From Psilocybe cubensis (Eukaryota): DNA of 64,000 nucleotides. The translations under genes were made by a program, and so were the position numbers. Where the stretch lies: positions 2,046,001-2,110,000 of the forward strand of contig CM039002.1 in assembly GCA_017499595.2 (NCBI GenBank), given 5' to 3'. The notes under the pieces are model-generated. The model saw only the letters and a list, made by a program, of their open reading frames with translations, did no database searches and was not told the DNA's origin. Positions 36,119 through 49,494 of this stretch are shown here, one piece after another (position 1 is the stretch's first letter; each line of letters opens with the position of its first letter).

Positions 36119-38951
36119 ATGGTACAAGAAGCATCCGATCTCACTTCAGGTGAGGAATATACCACTCCACCTTCTCCAAACCTTCAAGACAGCGCGAACA
36201 TGGCTCAATTCCTCGTCAAGCAGAAGCTGTCCTCAGAACACGATACCGAAATTTGCGTCACCTCATGCCACGAGCTCGATGTGCACGAGAACCTACCAAA
36301 ATTTATGAAGTCCGTACAGGAAAACACCATTGGTCTGGCTGCAGCATACGACCAAAAGTGCCGCGTGCTGCGCCTTGCGCTATCTTCCCCGACGGAGGCT
36401 CTCGTCGTCACACTCGTAGCGAAACACGACCGGTGGAATGGGATGCGGAAGCAGGCGAAGCACCAAGCGTGTATTGAGGCGAAGACTTCGGCTCTGCAGT
36501 GTCTCCTCAACAACCCAGCGATCGTCAAAGCGGCCTTGCGCATGGACAAACTCGCCGCGTCGATATTCCTCGACCATCGCATGACCATTGCAAGCGCGAA
36601 AGACCTCTTGTCTGCAGGGGATGGTCCAAGGCACTCTTTAGCTGCCCTCATGAGTGTGCTGGAGGGCTATGTTCCGATAAGGAAGAGGACTGTGATAGAT
36701 ATGTTTATCAAAGATGACTCTGGCGCGAACGGAGTTCGTGAAACCGCCCTGCAGGCTTGGGCAGCTTATTACGCCACCACGCATCCACATATGGCTCTTC
36801 GACTGGAACAAATGAGCTCTATCGATACTTCCACTATTGAACTGCATGTAAGGGTCTTATTTATTCCCGCATTGCTATTTGCTCATTTCAAGTCGTTAGG
36901 TCATGGCTCCCCTCGCCAAATTAATTCGAGTTGCAGATCAAGTACTCTCCTTCAAGCCTAGTCGAGTCAAGCACGAGATCAAACACGAACAAAACCTCGA
37001 AACAGGAGAAATTTTAATCACCTCACAAAGATACAAAACAAAAGTCTCCCGCACGGCCGCCAATCAAGTAGGTCACATTTAAATCGCTTCAAAATACCGC
37101 AACCCTTTCTTACTGTCCATAATTCTCGTTAACAGAATGTCGAAGTGACCTTTGAACATGGTGGCAAGAGGACGACCTCCAAAACTCGAACTGCTGAGGT
37201 ACATGGGCGAGTAGCGGTTTTGTGTGCCGCAGAGGAGACGAAAGGGTCTCTTGTCCGGGTCGAAACTGTAGGAAGAGGCGGACCCAGTCCTGCAGAGATT
37301 ATGAAATCAGATTTGCTGCTTCGTGCCTTGCACGATCCAGATTTCCTGATTTCTCATCCTTTCGTCGAAGCTCTATGGTTTCCTCGTCGAAAAGCCAAAA
37401 ACGTGGCTAAACTCAAAGTCAAGTCTGAGCCATTACCCCCTGTGGATATCTCCTACGACGGTCCCTTGAACGATTCGCAGAGAGCTGCAACTGAGGCCAT
37501 CCTTTCGCGGGACCAATCAAAACGCGTCGTTCTTGTGCATGGCCCGCCCGGTACAGGAAAAACCACTGTCATTGCGGCTGCTGTCACCAGTGTCATGGCC
37601 TCGCGCGATAGAAACGCTACGGTGTGGCTTGTTGCGCAGTCAAACGTTGCCGTGAAGAATATCGCAGAGAAACTGGCTTCCGTCGACTTTTTTGATTTTA
37701 CAATCTTAGTCTCTACAGGCTTTCACTTTGACTGGTATTCACCTTCTTGCTGACCTCTTCCCCTATGCTGATTCTTTTTTTTCGTATTCAGGCACGAACA
37801 CCTTTATGAGAAGGTCGAAAGGAATGTCATCACATCTGAAGACCTGCCAGACGATATCCTTCAAGCTGAACACATGCTCCCTACCTCCAGAGTCATTTTA
37901 TGCACTCTATCTATGCTATCCAACCGGAGGCTGTCGCCGATCACTAGTCTGGTGCCACTTCGAACTGTCATTTTTGACGAAGCCAGTCAAATTGAAATTG
38001 GAGACTACCTAGCGATGATGCTCCAGTTTCGTTCCACTCTTCAGAAAATGGTCTTTATCGGAGACGACAAGCAACGTGCGTTTTCATTATCTGTCTTCAA
38101 TTCTTGATTATTTACCAAGTCGGTAGTTGAACCACACTTGTCGCAGGACATCTTTGGCATGGAAAGTGTATTTGATAAATCTCATCTCCGTGAAAACGCG
38201 CTGTTTTTGGATACTCAATGTAAGTCAAACACCACTGGCGAGAGCATTAACTGAAATTGCAATATCTAGACCGTATGCCGCTGGCAATAGCAACTTGCAT
38301 ATCAGAAAATGTTTACAAGGGCCGGCTGAAATCTCTAGACGTCAATTTTGACACTTCTTGCTGTCGATTCGTTGACGTTGCCTCTGGAACAGACAATCCG
38401 CAGGGCTCTAGTCGGATAGTACGTCAGCAACTAATTAAATGTTTTGTTGTATCTAACAATATGCTATTAGAATAAGCAAGAAGTTGCTGCCATTTTGACG
38501 CTGTCGAAACGGTTCTTCCACCAAAAAAAATCGTTCCGGATAATTACTCCATACGACGCTCAACGCACATTGTTGGAAAATGCGTTGAAGGAAGCCGGGT
38601 TACCTTGGGAAGACATGTGTTTCAACATCGACTCGTTTCAAGGTCGGTTCTATGACGCTACGGTGAATATATACTAAAGCCATACATTTTATAGGCAACG
38701 AGGACGATTATATTCTTGTGTCCGTCGTGCGAACCCAACGGCTCGGCTTTTTGTCAGATCACAGGCGGGTTAATGTTATGTTGACGCGGTGCAAGAAGGG
38801 AATGGTTATATGTACCCATCGTGGCTTCATAGAGGGGCCAGCACGTCCAACGCTTATTTCCAAACTTGTAGAATCCTTAGGTGACTCGGCGTGGGTGGCG
38901 GAACAGGAACTCGAAGCTGCACAAATATTTGACAAGATACACGATACATGA
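36119..38951 (+). CDS. UPF1/DNA2/NAM7-like SF1 helicase with a degenerate 3'-5' exonuclease-like N-terminal region (paralog 1)
   Basis: LNDSQRAA, GPPGTGKT, AQSNVAVKNI, DEASQ, IGDDKQL, LDTQYRMP, NIDSFQGNE and RRVNVMLTRCK. Confidence 0.9.
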
Positions 38952-39342
38952 GCCAAATTCCTATCTAGTACTAATATCTATAATATATCGTCCATTTAAG
39001 TATCTGTTGGCTTTGTCGTTGTCAGTTTTTTTTATACAACATATAAACGATGTAAACTTATGGTATAACGAGCGATCCATTACACAATTGCAAAGTTTCC
39101 TGACATAGGTTACAACCGCGAGGTTATTGCTCGGACATAGTTTACACCCGTGAAACGACTGGAGATGATATTTCGTAGGTCGTTTGCTGAAACCACCTTG
39201 AATGGAGAGTGTACCACAGTTGAGGTCTGAACAGCGTCGTCTCCGGCGGCGCCGGTCAAATAAAAACCAATCAGTCAGTGTCAACCGTGTTATCCTGGCG
39301 ATAATGGTGGATAAGTTAGAATGAGTCATGGTTGGAGGACAG

Positions 39343-39650
39343 GCTGCTTACTGTGTCAGCGGATCCATAAAGTGCCCAAAGATTTAAGTAAGTGCCTTCT
39401 ATCCTTGTTGTCAGCTCATAGAAAACTAATTAGAATCATAATCAGATAGTTGCGAACATAGATTTCTGCTCCAAGATTGAAACAACAAATGGTATAATGG
39501 ATGCTAAACTGCGGTCCTTGAACCCTTGGATCGACACCAATTGCGGTAGGTAAAGATCCTTGTTTTGCTCGCAGTATTGATCAAGTATCGTCTATGGTTC
39601 TTTCAGACCTTCAAATTGGCCAATATCTATGCTTGGGGTCCCTTAGATGA
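39343..39650 (+). pseudogene. LysM-domain gene remnant
   Basis: Spliced reading is YCVSGSIKCPKI*|IVANIDFCSKIETTNGIMDAKLRSLNPWIDTNC|DLQIGQYLCLG, a fungal Cys-rich LysM pattern. An in-frame TAA (39385-39387) replaces the conserved Tyr, and the upstream sequence is broken by stops. Confidence 0.7.
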
Positions 39651-40079
39651 TGTTCGCGAATATCAAGATTTTGTGTATACTATCTTCCACCTTAACCGTG
39701 TGGACGATCGTGTGGACGATGCTCTAAAGAATCCGATAGAACAGAATCCGATAGAACTGCGAGATTCAAACGAGTTCATATCGTTTGTTTGCAGTGTTAC
39801 ATTATTTCAGCTCTTCTCCCATTCACTGAGCCTGAGGTTCGATAACGTTTTGAATCATCGTTGAAGTTGTTTAGTACGTTGGACGATGTAGAGATATTCG
39901 CGGCGAAAGGTACTTTGCATGGTAGTCAGTTACGTTATTGCGATCAGAAGCGTGATGTACAAAGAAATGTGATCGTAATGACAGGCTTTGCTCAGACCTC
40001 GAGGCTGCAGGCGGCTTCGACAACTGGGTCTCCTTGCTTTCAAAACATCGCTCCACTACATTGTGAATTTTGAAGAAGT

Positions 40080-42904
40080 ATGCCCCCTACATCTACCTTT
40101 ACTGTGATCCAGGACATCCTGGATGGCTACAAGTGCTCGGATATGTTACCAACCGTAAGGCTTCAAGAAGAAAGCCTCAGTGATAGCGATTTGTTCAAGA
40201 CCTTCGCACATACACTCCCTCTAGGAATATCTCCTGGATACTCAAAAGAAGGTCGGCTCTTGGCTCTTTCCATCACGGACGGCAAGCAATGTCGCATCGT
40301 TGAATTTTTTAGTCAACAACCCAAGCGAGAGAATGGCAGGCGTGGCCCCCAAGGGGACAAACCAACGTTATCTACAAGTCTCTTAGAAATGCGCAAGAAA
40401 CTGCAAGATCGTATTCTCTGCCGTCCCAATGGCGACGTGTTTGCTTTTGATATGGGACCTTTGGCGATGTCTCTTTACTGCGATTTAGGTTTACGTATTT
40501 CACGCGCCGTCGATGTCCAATCTGCATTCTCTGCTGTTGATCGCAAGCCCATATCCGCTATTCAAGAGGCCTTGGGCAAAGATTCTGACGATGAGTCTCT
40601 TCCCGCCAACGAAAGGATCAAGATCAACGTCGAGAACGTAAAGACCTTATTCAGGTACCCCGTTTACGATCCGAATGATAGAAATACGGCAGTGGATCTG
40701 GCCGTTAGGGCATGGGTCTCCCAGTTTCTTCCAGGGTTTGGCAATGGCGCCGAGGTTTTTGATAAAGTTGCCAGGATCGATACAAAGAAATTGGCTCAAG
40801 AGGTATGATATATTTTGCTGGCGCGCCATCGTATCGACCATCGCGTTTGCGATTGCTCATCCACTTTTATTTAGCAATTGGACATCATCGCGAAGATTGC
40901 CAAAGACTCCCTGAGGCTTGATCAAACTAAACCTGGGCAGACGAATCACCAGTTCCAACAATCCCAGGACATGTCAGATCAACAACTTCGTCTCGTATCG
41001 ACTCACTACAATACCAAACTACGTCGTAACCAAGTAAGTCTGATGTTCCACTCTTCCTGACATCTGTATAAACGAGTTATTTCCACCTGCAGGAAGTCAA
41101 AATGCAAGTTCAGGGACCAAATGGTTCTTTTACCGTCAAGGGCACAATGGCAGGTGTCTCGGGAAAAGTTGGGAGCGTCAACACGAATAATGTCGCGTTC
41201 GCGGACAAGACAATCACGGTTGTCACTTCGATCGGCCGCGACGATCCAACCACGGCAGAAGCTCATCGTGCAGCTACGGTCCTTCGCATCCTGCAAGGCT
41301 CTGACAAACTCCTCGACCGAAGCCCCTGGATACAGAATATATGGTTCCCATCGAGTGATGGTGGCCCTCTTATTTGGCCAAAAGAATGGTCAATGCCACG
41401 AGCAGCACCAATCTTCAAGCCTATATCTTTTAAGGCACTACAACTCAATTCATCGCAGCAGCTGGCTGTTAATAGTATGATGTCAGAAAAAGATGACCAC
41501 CGTATTGTCCTTGTCCAAGGCCCACCTGGAACTGGAAAAACTTCTGTCATCGCATCATTCATCCAGTTCGCTATTCTTTCTCAGAATAGAACGGGTATCT
41601 GGCTAGTTGCACAATCTAATGTGGCCGTCAAAAACATTGCTGAGAAGTTGATCAAGTGCGAATTTTTTGCATGGAAACTATTGGTCTCTAAAGACTTTGT
41701 TTTTGACTGGTATGTGGCATATGCTATAGACACATACATTTGTCTGACAAACCTGCTTTAAAGGCATGAACACCTCTATAATACCAAAGTGACAGCAAAT
41801 ATCATTCGCTCAGACACATTTGTTAAAATCAGTAAAAATGATTTACAAGGAACCCAAGTTATTTTATGCACTTTAAGCATGTTATCCAATTCTCAGCTTG
41901 GCAGATTCACTCAGCATATTCCTTTGAGAGTACTTGTTGTTGATGAAGCCAGTCAAATTGAAGTTGGAAATTATATCTCCATTTTTGTCAAATTCAAGGC
42001 TACACTTCGCAAGGCATGTTTTATTGGAGATGATAAGCAATGTATGTTTTTCATTTTCATTTTATTTCTTTTTCTAATCAAGCATAGTACCACCATTTGG
42101 ACAAGAAGAGCTGCAAGACCTCCAGAGTATCTTTGAAATTACACATTTAAAAAAACAGGTTGTATTTCTTGATACTCAATGTAAGTGTTAAAATTTTAAA
42201 TCTAGTAAAAGTCTAATTAAATTTGAATAGATCGTATGCCTCCTCAAATTGGCAGAATTATATCAAAATTGGTTTATGACAGTAAACTCAATTCAAATCC
42301 TCATCATGAAATCAAGGATACTGTTACTGCATGCTACTTTATTAATGTTCCTGGAAAAGAAAAGGCACTTCAATCAGGATCATTTATGGTTTGTGAATTC
42401 CTATATTCATTTATTTAATTTTCTAAAAAATACTTTTTATAGAATGGTTTAGAATGTGAAGCCATTCTTAAGCTTGCACGCAGGCTTCAAGATGAGCAAA
42501 AAAAATTCCGAATTATAACTCCATATGAAGGTCAAAGAGCTACAATTGAATATGCCTTACAAACAGAAGGTTTAGATTGGGGAGACAAATGCTTTAATGT
42601 TGATTCATTTCAAGGTTGGTTTTTTTTGTTAAATTGAATAAGATTTAATTTTTTGAAAATAATTTTAGGAAATGAAGAAGACTTTATTATCATTTCTCTT
42701 GTTCGATCACGTGCATTGGGCTTTTTGAACAATCTCCGCCGAACCAATGTTATGCTTACTCGATGCAAGAAAGGAATGTTTATTGTTACTAGTCAGGATT
42801 TTCTTCAGAATTCTGGAGCTAAATCTTTGGTTGGAGAATTTGTAAAGGAAATGGATACTGTGGTATGGGTACCTCAAGACAAAATTGAGGTATATAACTT
42901 TTAA
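40080..42904 (+). CDS. UPF1/DNA2/NAM7-like SF1 helicase (paralog 2)
   Basis: LNSSQQLA, GPPGTGKT, AQSNVAVKNI, DEASQ, IGDDKQL, DTQYRMP, NVDSFQGNE and RRTNVMLTRCK; intron positions match paralog 1. Confidence 0.9.
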
Positions 42905-42944
42905 ACTTCTTATCTACTATTTTGTTCAAGTCTTTTGAATATAA

Positions 42945-43052
42945 CTAAAAGACATCTGTAGTCAAGTAAAGATTCAAAAGCAAGAAGATGTTCAATATTT
43001 ATTGAACATCTTCTTGCTTTTGAGGCCCTACTTGACTACAAATGTCTTTTAG
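42945..43052. repeat. Near-perfect palindrome with 53-bp arms and a 2-nt spacer
   Basis: 42945-42997 is the reverse complement of 43000-43052 with 5 mismatches. Confidence 0.95.
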
Positions 43053-43177
43053 AAAAAAATATAAAATCCCTAAATCTTTGTAAACAGAGTTGTATATTGC
43101 TATAGCAAAAATATAATCATTAAAAATCAAATATTGATATAACTCAGCAAAGACCACAATGCTTGAAATCTGATAGA

Positions 43178-45598
43178 TTACAAATGACTCAGTACATTAC
43201 GCTGATTGTCTTTTAGTTCAACAGTCTGGCAAAGTGTATACATGTCTTTCATAGCACAATCAACTGCATGCTTAAATGCTTGTGTTGAAGTGGATGGATT
43301 GGAAAACTTTGACTCTATCCCAAATTTCACCATATCTGGCGCAGCTAGATCTTTGATGGAATTTAGTATATACAATTCACCCTTGAAAAATTAGCACTTA
43401 CAATTTATTCCAAACCCATCTTCATATACTGTACCAAAGCCTGTTCCTTTGAATAACATGCCAGCACTCAAGCCACTTGTGCTCAGCTTCCACCGAGAAC
43501 TACGCTCAAACAATTCATCTTCAAATAATGCTGCCGATTCAGCATTTAGAGGCCGTAGGAGAAGACGGAGACCAAGCAGGTGCCTGTCAAACCCACGGCC
43601 TGTCATTGCCTCTCGCGTCCTTCGAGTATGAGATGCAATGGCTTTTTGTAACAGAACAAACCGTTCGGCATCCTAGTAACAATAATAAGATATTAGCTGC
43701 GGCAAATCTGAGGCTGATGAAGCCAGCGTACTGATGTTTTCATGTCTACCATACTTAAGACCCATAAGCGACTTTCGCGACTGAAAACACGAAGTGTTTC
43801 AGTCCGTCCATGTTTAAATAGTCTCGTAAGGACAGTTTCGTATGTAGCCGTAAATTCGCCGCGGTATCGATACCATGCAAGTTGTAATGCCATTTGAATG
43901 AAAGCGTCAGGAGAGAGTTTATAATTTCCTGTAGAACGTCAGTGATGGTCACAACTACTTGGTAGCAAGACTTGCCGACGCTTTTGATCCAATCTGTTCC
44001 AAATTTATCAAACCACATTACACTATCGTCAGAGTCTTCCACTATGACTTTGGCGCTCTCCATGGCAAGTTGGCACTCTTTCTTTATTTTTGCATCACCG
44101 ACCCACTCAAGTCGCTCCCAGCCTTGCCCATCAAGTAAATTTTCCTCCAATTCTACTGTCCGGAAGGCTTCGGCGTCAACACCCTCCACTAATCCATATT
44201 CCGAAACAATGCTAGGAACGAGAGCGTCAACAGGAGAATGCTCGCCGGAAGCGCCAGCTCGGGTCGATGGATCGATGATTAAAGTGAAAGCTTTATCATA
44301 GAATCGATTAGAAATATTTTGGGTTGTTCCACGAATTGCGTGGAGATGGGAATCTATTGATGATTCTGAAGGTGTGCGGGGGTGGATACGACTAGGAGGC
44401 AGATTTGATGACGACGGCGTCGGGACAATGTTATAGGTTGTGTGGTCTAAGCTGAGGCCCATTGCGGAGTGACACATTGCTTGATATGATTTCTGGTTGA
44501 CTGGGGACAGCGAAAGGAGATATTGTAGGTTCTGACAATGGGTTAGGACAAGTTCAATTTGAATGAATTGAAATGTACCTCAGCCCAACGATCTCTATCA
44601 TCAGCGCTCAATATTCCGACAGGAAGAGGTTTCTCTCCAATGGACAAACGAGCTTCGACGTCGAGCACGACTGCCCTTAAACGTGCTTCTATCAAACCAG
44701 GCGAAAGTAATCTGGGTGGTTCAGACTTAGAGGCAGGTGGATGGTAAACGGTGACAGAGTAACACCAGTCATGTACCATGAGGAAAATAGAGCGTGCAGC
44801 TTGGGATGAAAGATCTGGAGGTTTAGAAAGTGTATCGCAATGGGGTTCTGGTATTCTAGCAACGTTGAACATTTTGGTAGTGTTTTCCAATAACCAGTCT
44901 CCAGCTTTATTAGATGTCAGTAAAATTTTGCTATGATGATTCGGTTTGCTTACATGTTCTACTCGACGAAGTAGCGGATCTAAAGATATTAATTGATGAG
45001 CTTTACTCAGGAGGAAAGGGATATGTGTCATACGTTTGAGATGCGTTGTCTCTAAATTGCAATATCCTGTAGACAAGCCAGGCCGACCTGCGGAGCTGCC
45101 AAAAGGTCGTTCCAGCGCGGTTGTTGTTTGTTTCTCCGCAAAGGGCACTGCGAGGTATGAGGGGATCATCCCCGAATGCCAACCACCAGTTAGAATTAAC
45201 CAGTAAAGGAGCACGCCATTCAAGATATGCTTTATTGATCCAGAAGTTGTCGTCGAGCCAGTTGTATGGAGATACTTTGTCAAGTGCTACGGATAGCAGT
45301 GGTAAGTTGGGCGTCGAAATTATTGTACATGCGACATACCCAGCAATCGCTCTTGTAAGGTATTGCCAATACCAGTTTCAAAGTCATTTGCCCATTTTTG
45401 CCTCAGAGAGTAAGCTGCATCAAATGACATCCCGCCTCTAGATTCGTCTTCATGAAGGAACGGTTCTAAAGAGTCCAGGTATCTGTCTAGGGTATGTCGA
45501 AGCGTCGGGACCGGCAGACGTCCTCTACCTTTAGAACGAGTGGTTCTCTTTTGAGAGGAAAGCATCTGTATATTGCGAGCCAACGCCGTCCTCTGCAT
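43178..45598 (-). CDS. Carnitine O-acyltransferase (choline/carnitine acyltransferase family)
   Basis: LPVPTLRHTLDRYL, NRFYDK, catalytic GEHSPVDA, ATYETVLTRLFKHGRTET, GRGFDRHLLGL and LSTS. Confidence 0.93.
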
Positions 45599-45740
45599 CA
45601 CAAAATTGGAGGAACTCTATGAAGCCTCCTTAAACATGGTCAAGAGCGAAGTGGAGGAGTAAATTAACCCGAGGTCCCGCGAGATAGTCGAGGTCATATT
45701 TTTATTCGCGTATCACGTGATGACGGGAAATATCCAAGTA

Positions 45741-45753
45741 GACGCGTCGCGTC
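45741..45753. promoter_or_regulatory. Overlapping ACGCG (MCB-like) motifs in the ~215-bp divergent promoter of the carnitine acyltransferase and RMI1 genes
   Basis: GACGCGTCGCGTC about 60 bp upstream of the RMI1 ATG, with CACGTG nearby. A similar ACGCGCGACGCGTCGCG lies at ~35773 upstream of helicase 1. Confidence 0.45.
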
Positions 45754-45812
45754 ACTCGTTGCTTTCATTCTGCACTTGGCTTCATTAGTGAACCCTTCTT
45801 ATCCACAAGATC

Positions 45813-47726
45813 ATGCCACCCAGTCTTCGAGTATCCCAATGGCTAGACCAGCAGTTTCAAAAACCTCGTGTTGATCCAGTGAGCAAACACTTACACTGAC
45901 TGCATCTAACAAAATATTCATCTTTTTGCAAGGAGTGGTTGGAAGGATGTACGGAGTGGCTGGAAGGCGACCAGAACATATCTCCCGTTTCTCAGTTTTC
46001 TGAATTTATGGATAAAGTTAAAGGACAACTTCTTGAATCAGACCTGATTGATTCTATGCTCCCTGGGACAGGCTTGGATGCGCATATCTCGACTCTGTCT
46101 GGTTGCTTGAGTGGCCCTCCTGTTTTGGTACAGATTACCGCTATTACAGAAATCGGATCCAGCGCATTTCAACTAGATCAGATTCGGACTGCAAGAGAAG
46201 AAAGGAAGCTAGCAGGTGTAGGGAACGAGGAGGGTGAAGAAGATGGCGACATTGAAGTTGAAGGAGAAGGACCTATGCCCAAATACCCTCGTGGAATGCT
46301 TCGCTTTCAACTCACAGACGGTGCAACGTTGATAGAAGCAATGGAATACCGTCGTATACCTCAACTCACGTTAGGTACGACGCCTCTTGGTTTCAAGGTA
46401 TGTATTGATATTCTACATAGATCTGGCTTATACATTCTGCAACAGATGCAACTCAAAGGTACCAAATTCCAGAATGGAATGGCTATGCTTGAACCAACCA
46501 CCATCGTTCTTCTGGGCGGAAAACAAGCCGAACTTGAGGCTAACCAAAATTTGGATTTCAAAAGGGGATTATACGCGAGGCTAGGGTAAGCATCTGAATG
46601 AAAGTGGGTGTTGAACTCTTAAAAATAAACATATTTCAGCCGCCCTTTGACTCCAGTTACCCAAAATCCCGAGCCAGCCCAATACCGTTACGCAGACGTC
46701 CCAGGTGCTGCAAGATCACCGTTACGTGATATCTCTCCTCCTCCCCTGCCTGCTCAAATGTCACAGCATGACGATGACATTGAAATGGAACCACGAAGGC
46801 GTATACCTGTTGATTCTTCGTTGAACCGCGTTCCAAATCAGGTCGGTTCGGACAATTCTAGTCGTGACAGGGCTATTGCTGCACTTCCTTCTCGGCAAAA
46901 TTGGACCAAGGCCGATTGTGATGCTCAAACGAACAGGATCACACCCAGGGCAGAGCGGGCCACTTTGGTTTTCGCCGGCTCACAATCATCCAAAAGTACA
47001 ACATCTGAATACTTTAACGGAAATTCTGTAGCTTCTGGGTCAAATATAGCAAAACTACGAAGTCAGGAAATCAACAATACTGTTCAAAACTTGGACTTCA
47101 ACTTGGAACCTACTGGGAGGCAATTATCACACACATTACCGTCCCCAGATTACTTTTCTGATGTGGATCAATTTGATTTTGACCTTCTTGACGATGTGGA
47201 TAGAGAAAATCAACAGCCTATATCCACCAACAAAGAAATGGAAAGTCACGGCCCATCTTCTGTTCCCCAAGATCGTGACATTCAAGACGCCAGCTCAGAT
47301 GACTACGGGATGGATGATTTGACCGCCATAGACACTTCATTTCTGGAAGCATGCGACAAAATTGAGAAAGATGCTATCACTAAAACCGGATTCGCACATC
47401 CGTCTTCTTCGACTAATGTACCGTTTAACTCAAACCCTTGCACATCCTTAGTTTCCCCTCCTCTGTCCACCGTTGCTTCATCAGGAGGTGCATCTCGCAT
47501 AGTTGATGTCATCGAAATCAATGACTCCGACGAGGACGTTCTCGAGGCCGACGACAAAGAGAACGCACCTGTTGCGACAAGACATGTCCGCCGTCGCACA
47601 GATACGAACAGTCGGCCTTCTCGATCTCAGAGTCACAGGAGCCAAAACACTCTCAAGAAACCAGGTCAACCCATTGTTCTTGCAACTAATCCAGATGATA
47701 TAATTGATATATCTGACTCTGACTGA
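45813..47726 (+). CDS. RMI1: RecQ-mediated genome instability protein 1
   Basis: N-terminal helical bundle plus OB-fold (VLVQITAITEIG, RGMLRFQLTDG..IEAMEYRRIPQL...PLGFK, GMAMLEPTTIVLLGG) and a disordered acidic tail. Confidence 0.88.
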
Positions 47727-48368
47727 CCACCGTCACTATCTCTCCCTCAATTTTCTTGGACATTGTTGTACTGTCTAACTGTTTGAAAAAAAGTTTTTAT
47801 CAAGACTTTGTATTTATAATAAAACCAAACCTGTACGTAGATCACCTACTGTATGAATCATCGGACGTACTGTACATATATCAACATGTCATTGACAAAA
47901 AAACCCCTTGAAGGAGTTATTGATACAATAATGGCAACAGCTGCCTAAATGTTCAAACGAGGTTGGCTATCATTGTGTCTGTCTTTGAAATAATATTATG
48001 GCGTATTCATCGTCTTGGGGTGTTGGTGTCACTCTGCGCACGGTTAACCTTGAAAAACATGTTTCCGAAGGCAAGATTAGCGTTCAAAACAGGTTATAGA
48101 GGAGGCAGAGAAGTTGAACGTAATTAGCTTCGCCTATAGATAATCTATACAGGCACGCGAATTAGTCAAGACCGTATAGAGCTGGATACACTTAACATGG
48201 CCACTGGGATAAACTTTTCTGGAATGGGAAGGTTACAAAAAATATTTATACATACATGTTCATAGGTGGGATTCGAGTACAAATTGATCTATCATGGGAA
48301 TGCGTAAGACACGAAATGAAGTCGTGCAACCAGAATGGAGGAAATTTTGAGAAATGCCAATAGAGGAC

Positions 48369-49318
48369 TCAACCAAGAACAGTAACTTTGGTCTTCTTCT
48401 TCTTCTTGCTCGAGTTGGCAAAGTTGCGCCAACTATCAACACGCTGCTCTCGATTGTCTGTATGATTGAAGAGTCAGTATGTGTTACAAAAGCACAGCAA
48501 ATTAATTCTCACCTTCCCAGTTTTTATCCTCTTCTGCCTTCCTCTTTCTTTGGGCAACTTCTTCATCTTTCTTCCTTGCTTCTAATCCCTCATTCGCTAA
48601 ATTCATCTTGATAGCTCTATAAACAGTTTAGATGAGGCGAGAAACTTGTCAAAAAATCACTCACTTCCGCCTTCTAACTTCCTCGTCTATCAACAACAGT
48701 TTGGATTGAGCCCTTAATCTGGTCTTGAAAGGCGGATCTAAGCCTTGAACCTTCGGGTCGGAATTTGAGGTAGACACAGGAAGGTTGAGAGCTTTGAGAA
48801 CAAGGTTACGGGCCTGATTTATGACGCTGTCGAGCTCTTCTCGTTGGTCTTTATTTGACAGTTCAGACTCGGCCTGTGTTGAAGAAATGCTGTGAGAATA
48901 TAGAGGCAACATTGGATGGAACGCACCTTCTTGAGTATATCAAAAGCCTCTGGAGCTCGCGCATGAGGGCATTTATCGGGGTGGATAACTAGACGACAGA
49001 ATGTTCAGACTATCACGAAGATAAAGGGGGAATAATGATTACAGAGTGATAGCTGGCGGTACTTCTTCTTGACTTCCTCCATGCTGGCCGTTTCCTCGAT
49101 ATCCAAAATTTCATAGGGACTGTATAGTAAATAATTCATTAGACCTGATCATAAACTTGGGACACTAACAATACTCACTTCAGCTTAAATGCCTTAAGTA
49201 TGCGATCGACTTCTACCTCGCGCTGGTAAGCAGAAGCTTCACGATTCAAGATCTTTTCTATGTCAATTTCATCCTGTGCTGACGGTTTGGCGGAAGACGA
49301 CGAAGGATTCCCCGACAT
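48369..49318 (-). CDS. SPF31: J-domain protein, DNAJC8/Spf31 family
   Basis: EVDRILKAFKLNPYEILDI...KYRQLSL..IHPDKC..APEAFDILKKA; C-terminal RVDSWRNF...KKKK. Confidence 0.88.
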
Positions 49319-49494
49319 GAAGGCTTGACGATGATGATGGTATGATACCTAGGACTGTCAACGACCGACAGCCAGAGTACGTCCCTCGATCATGTGATGA
49401 CAAGCCAAGTCAAATCATTTAAGTCGGTCGCAATCCTTGAGTCCTGAACGTTGAACGTGAACTCTCAAGTCGACAGAGAGTGCGATACAGAAAA

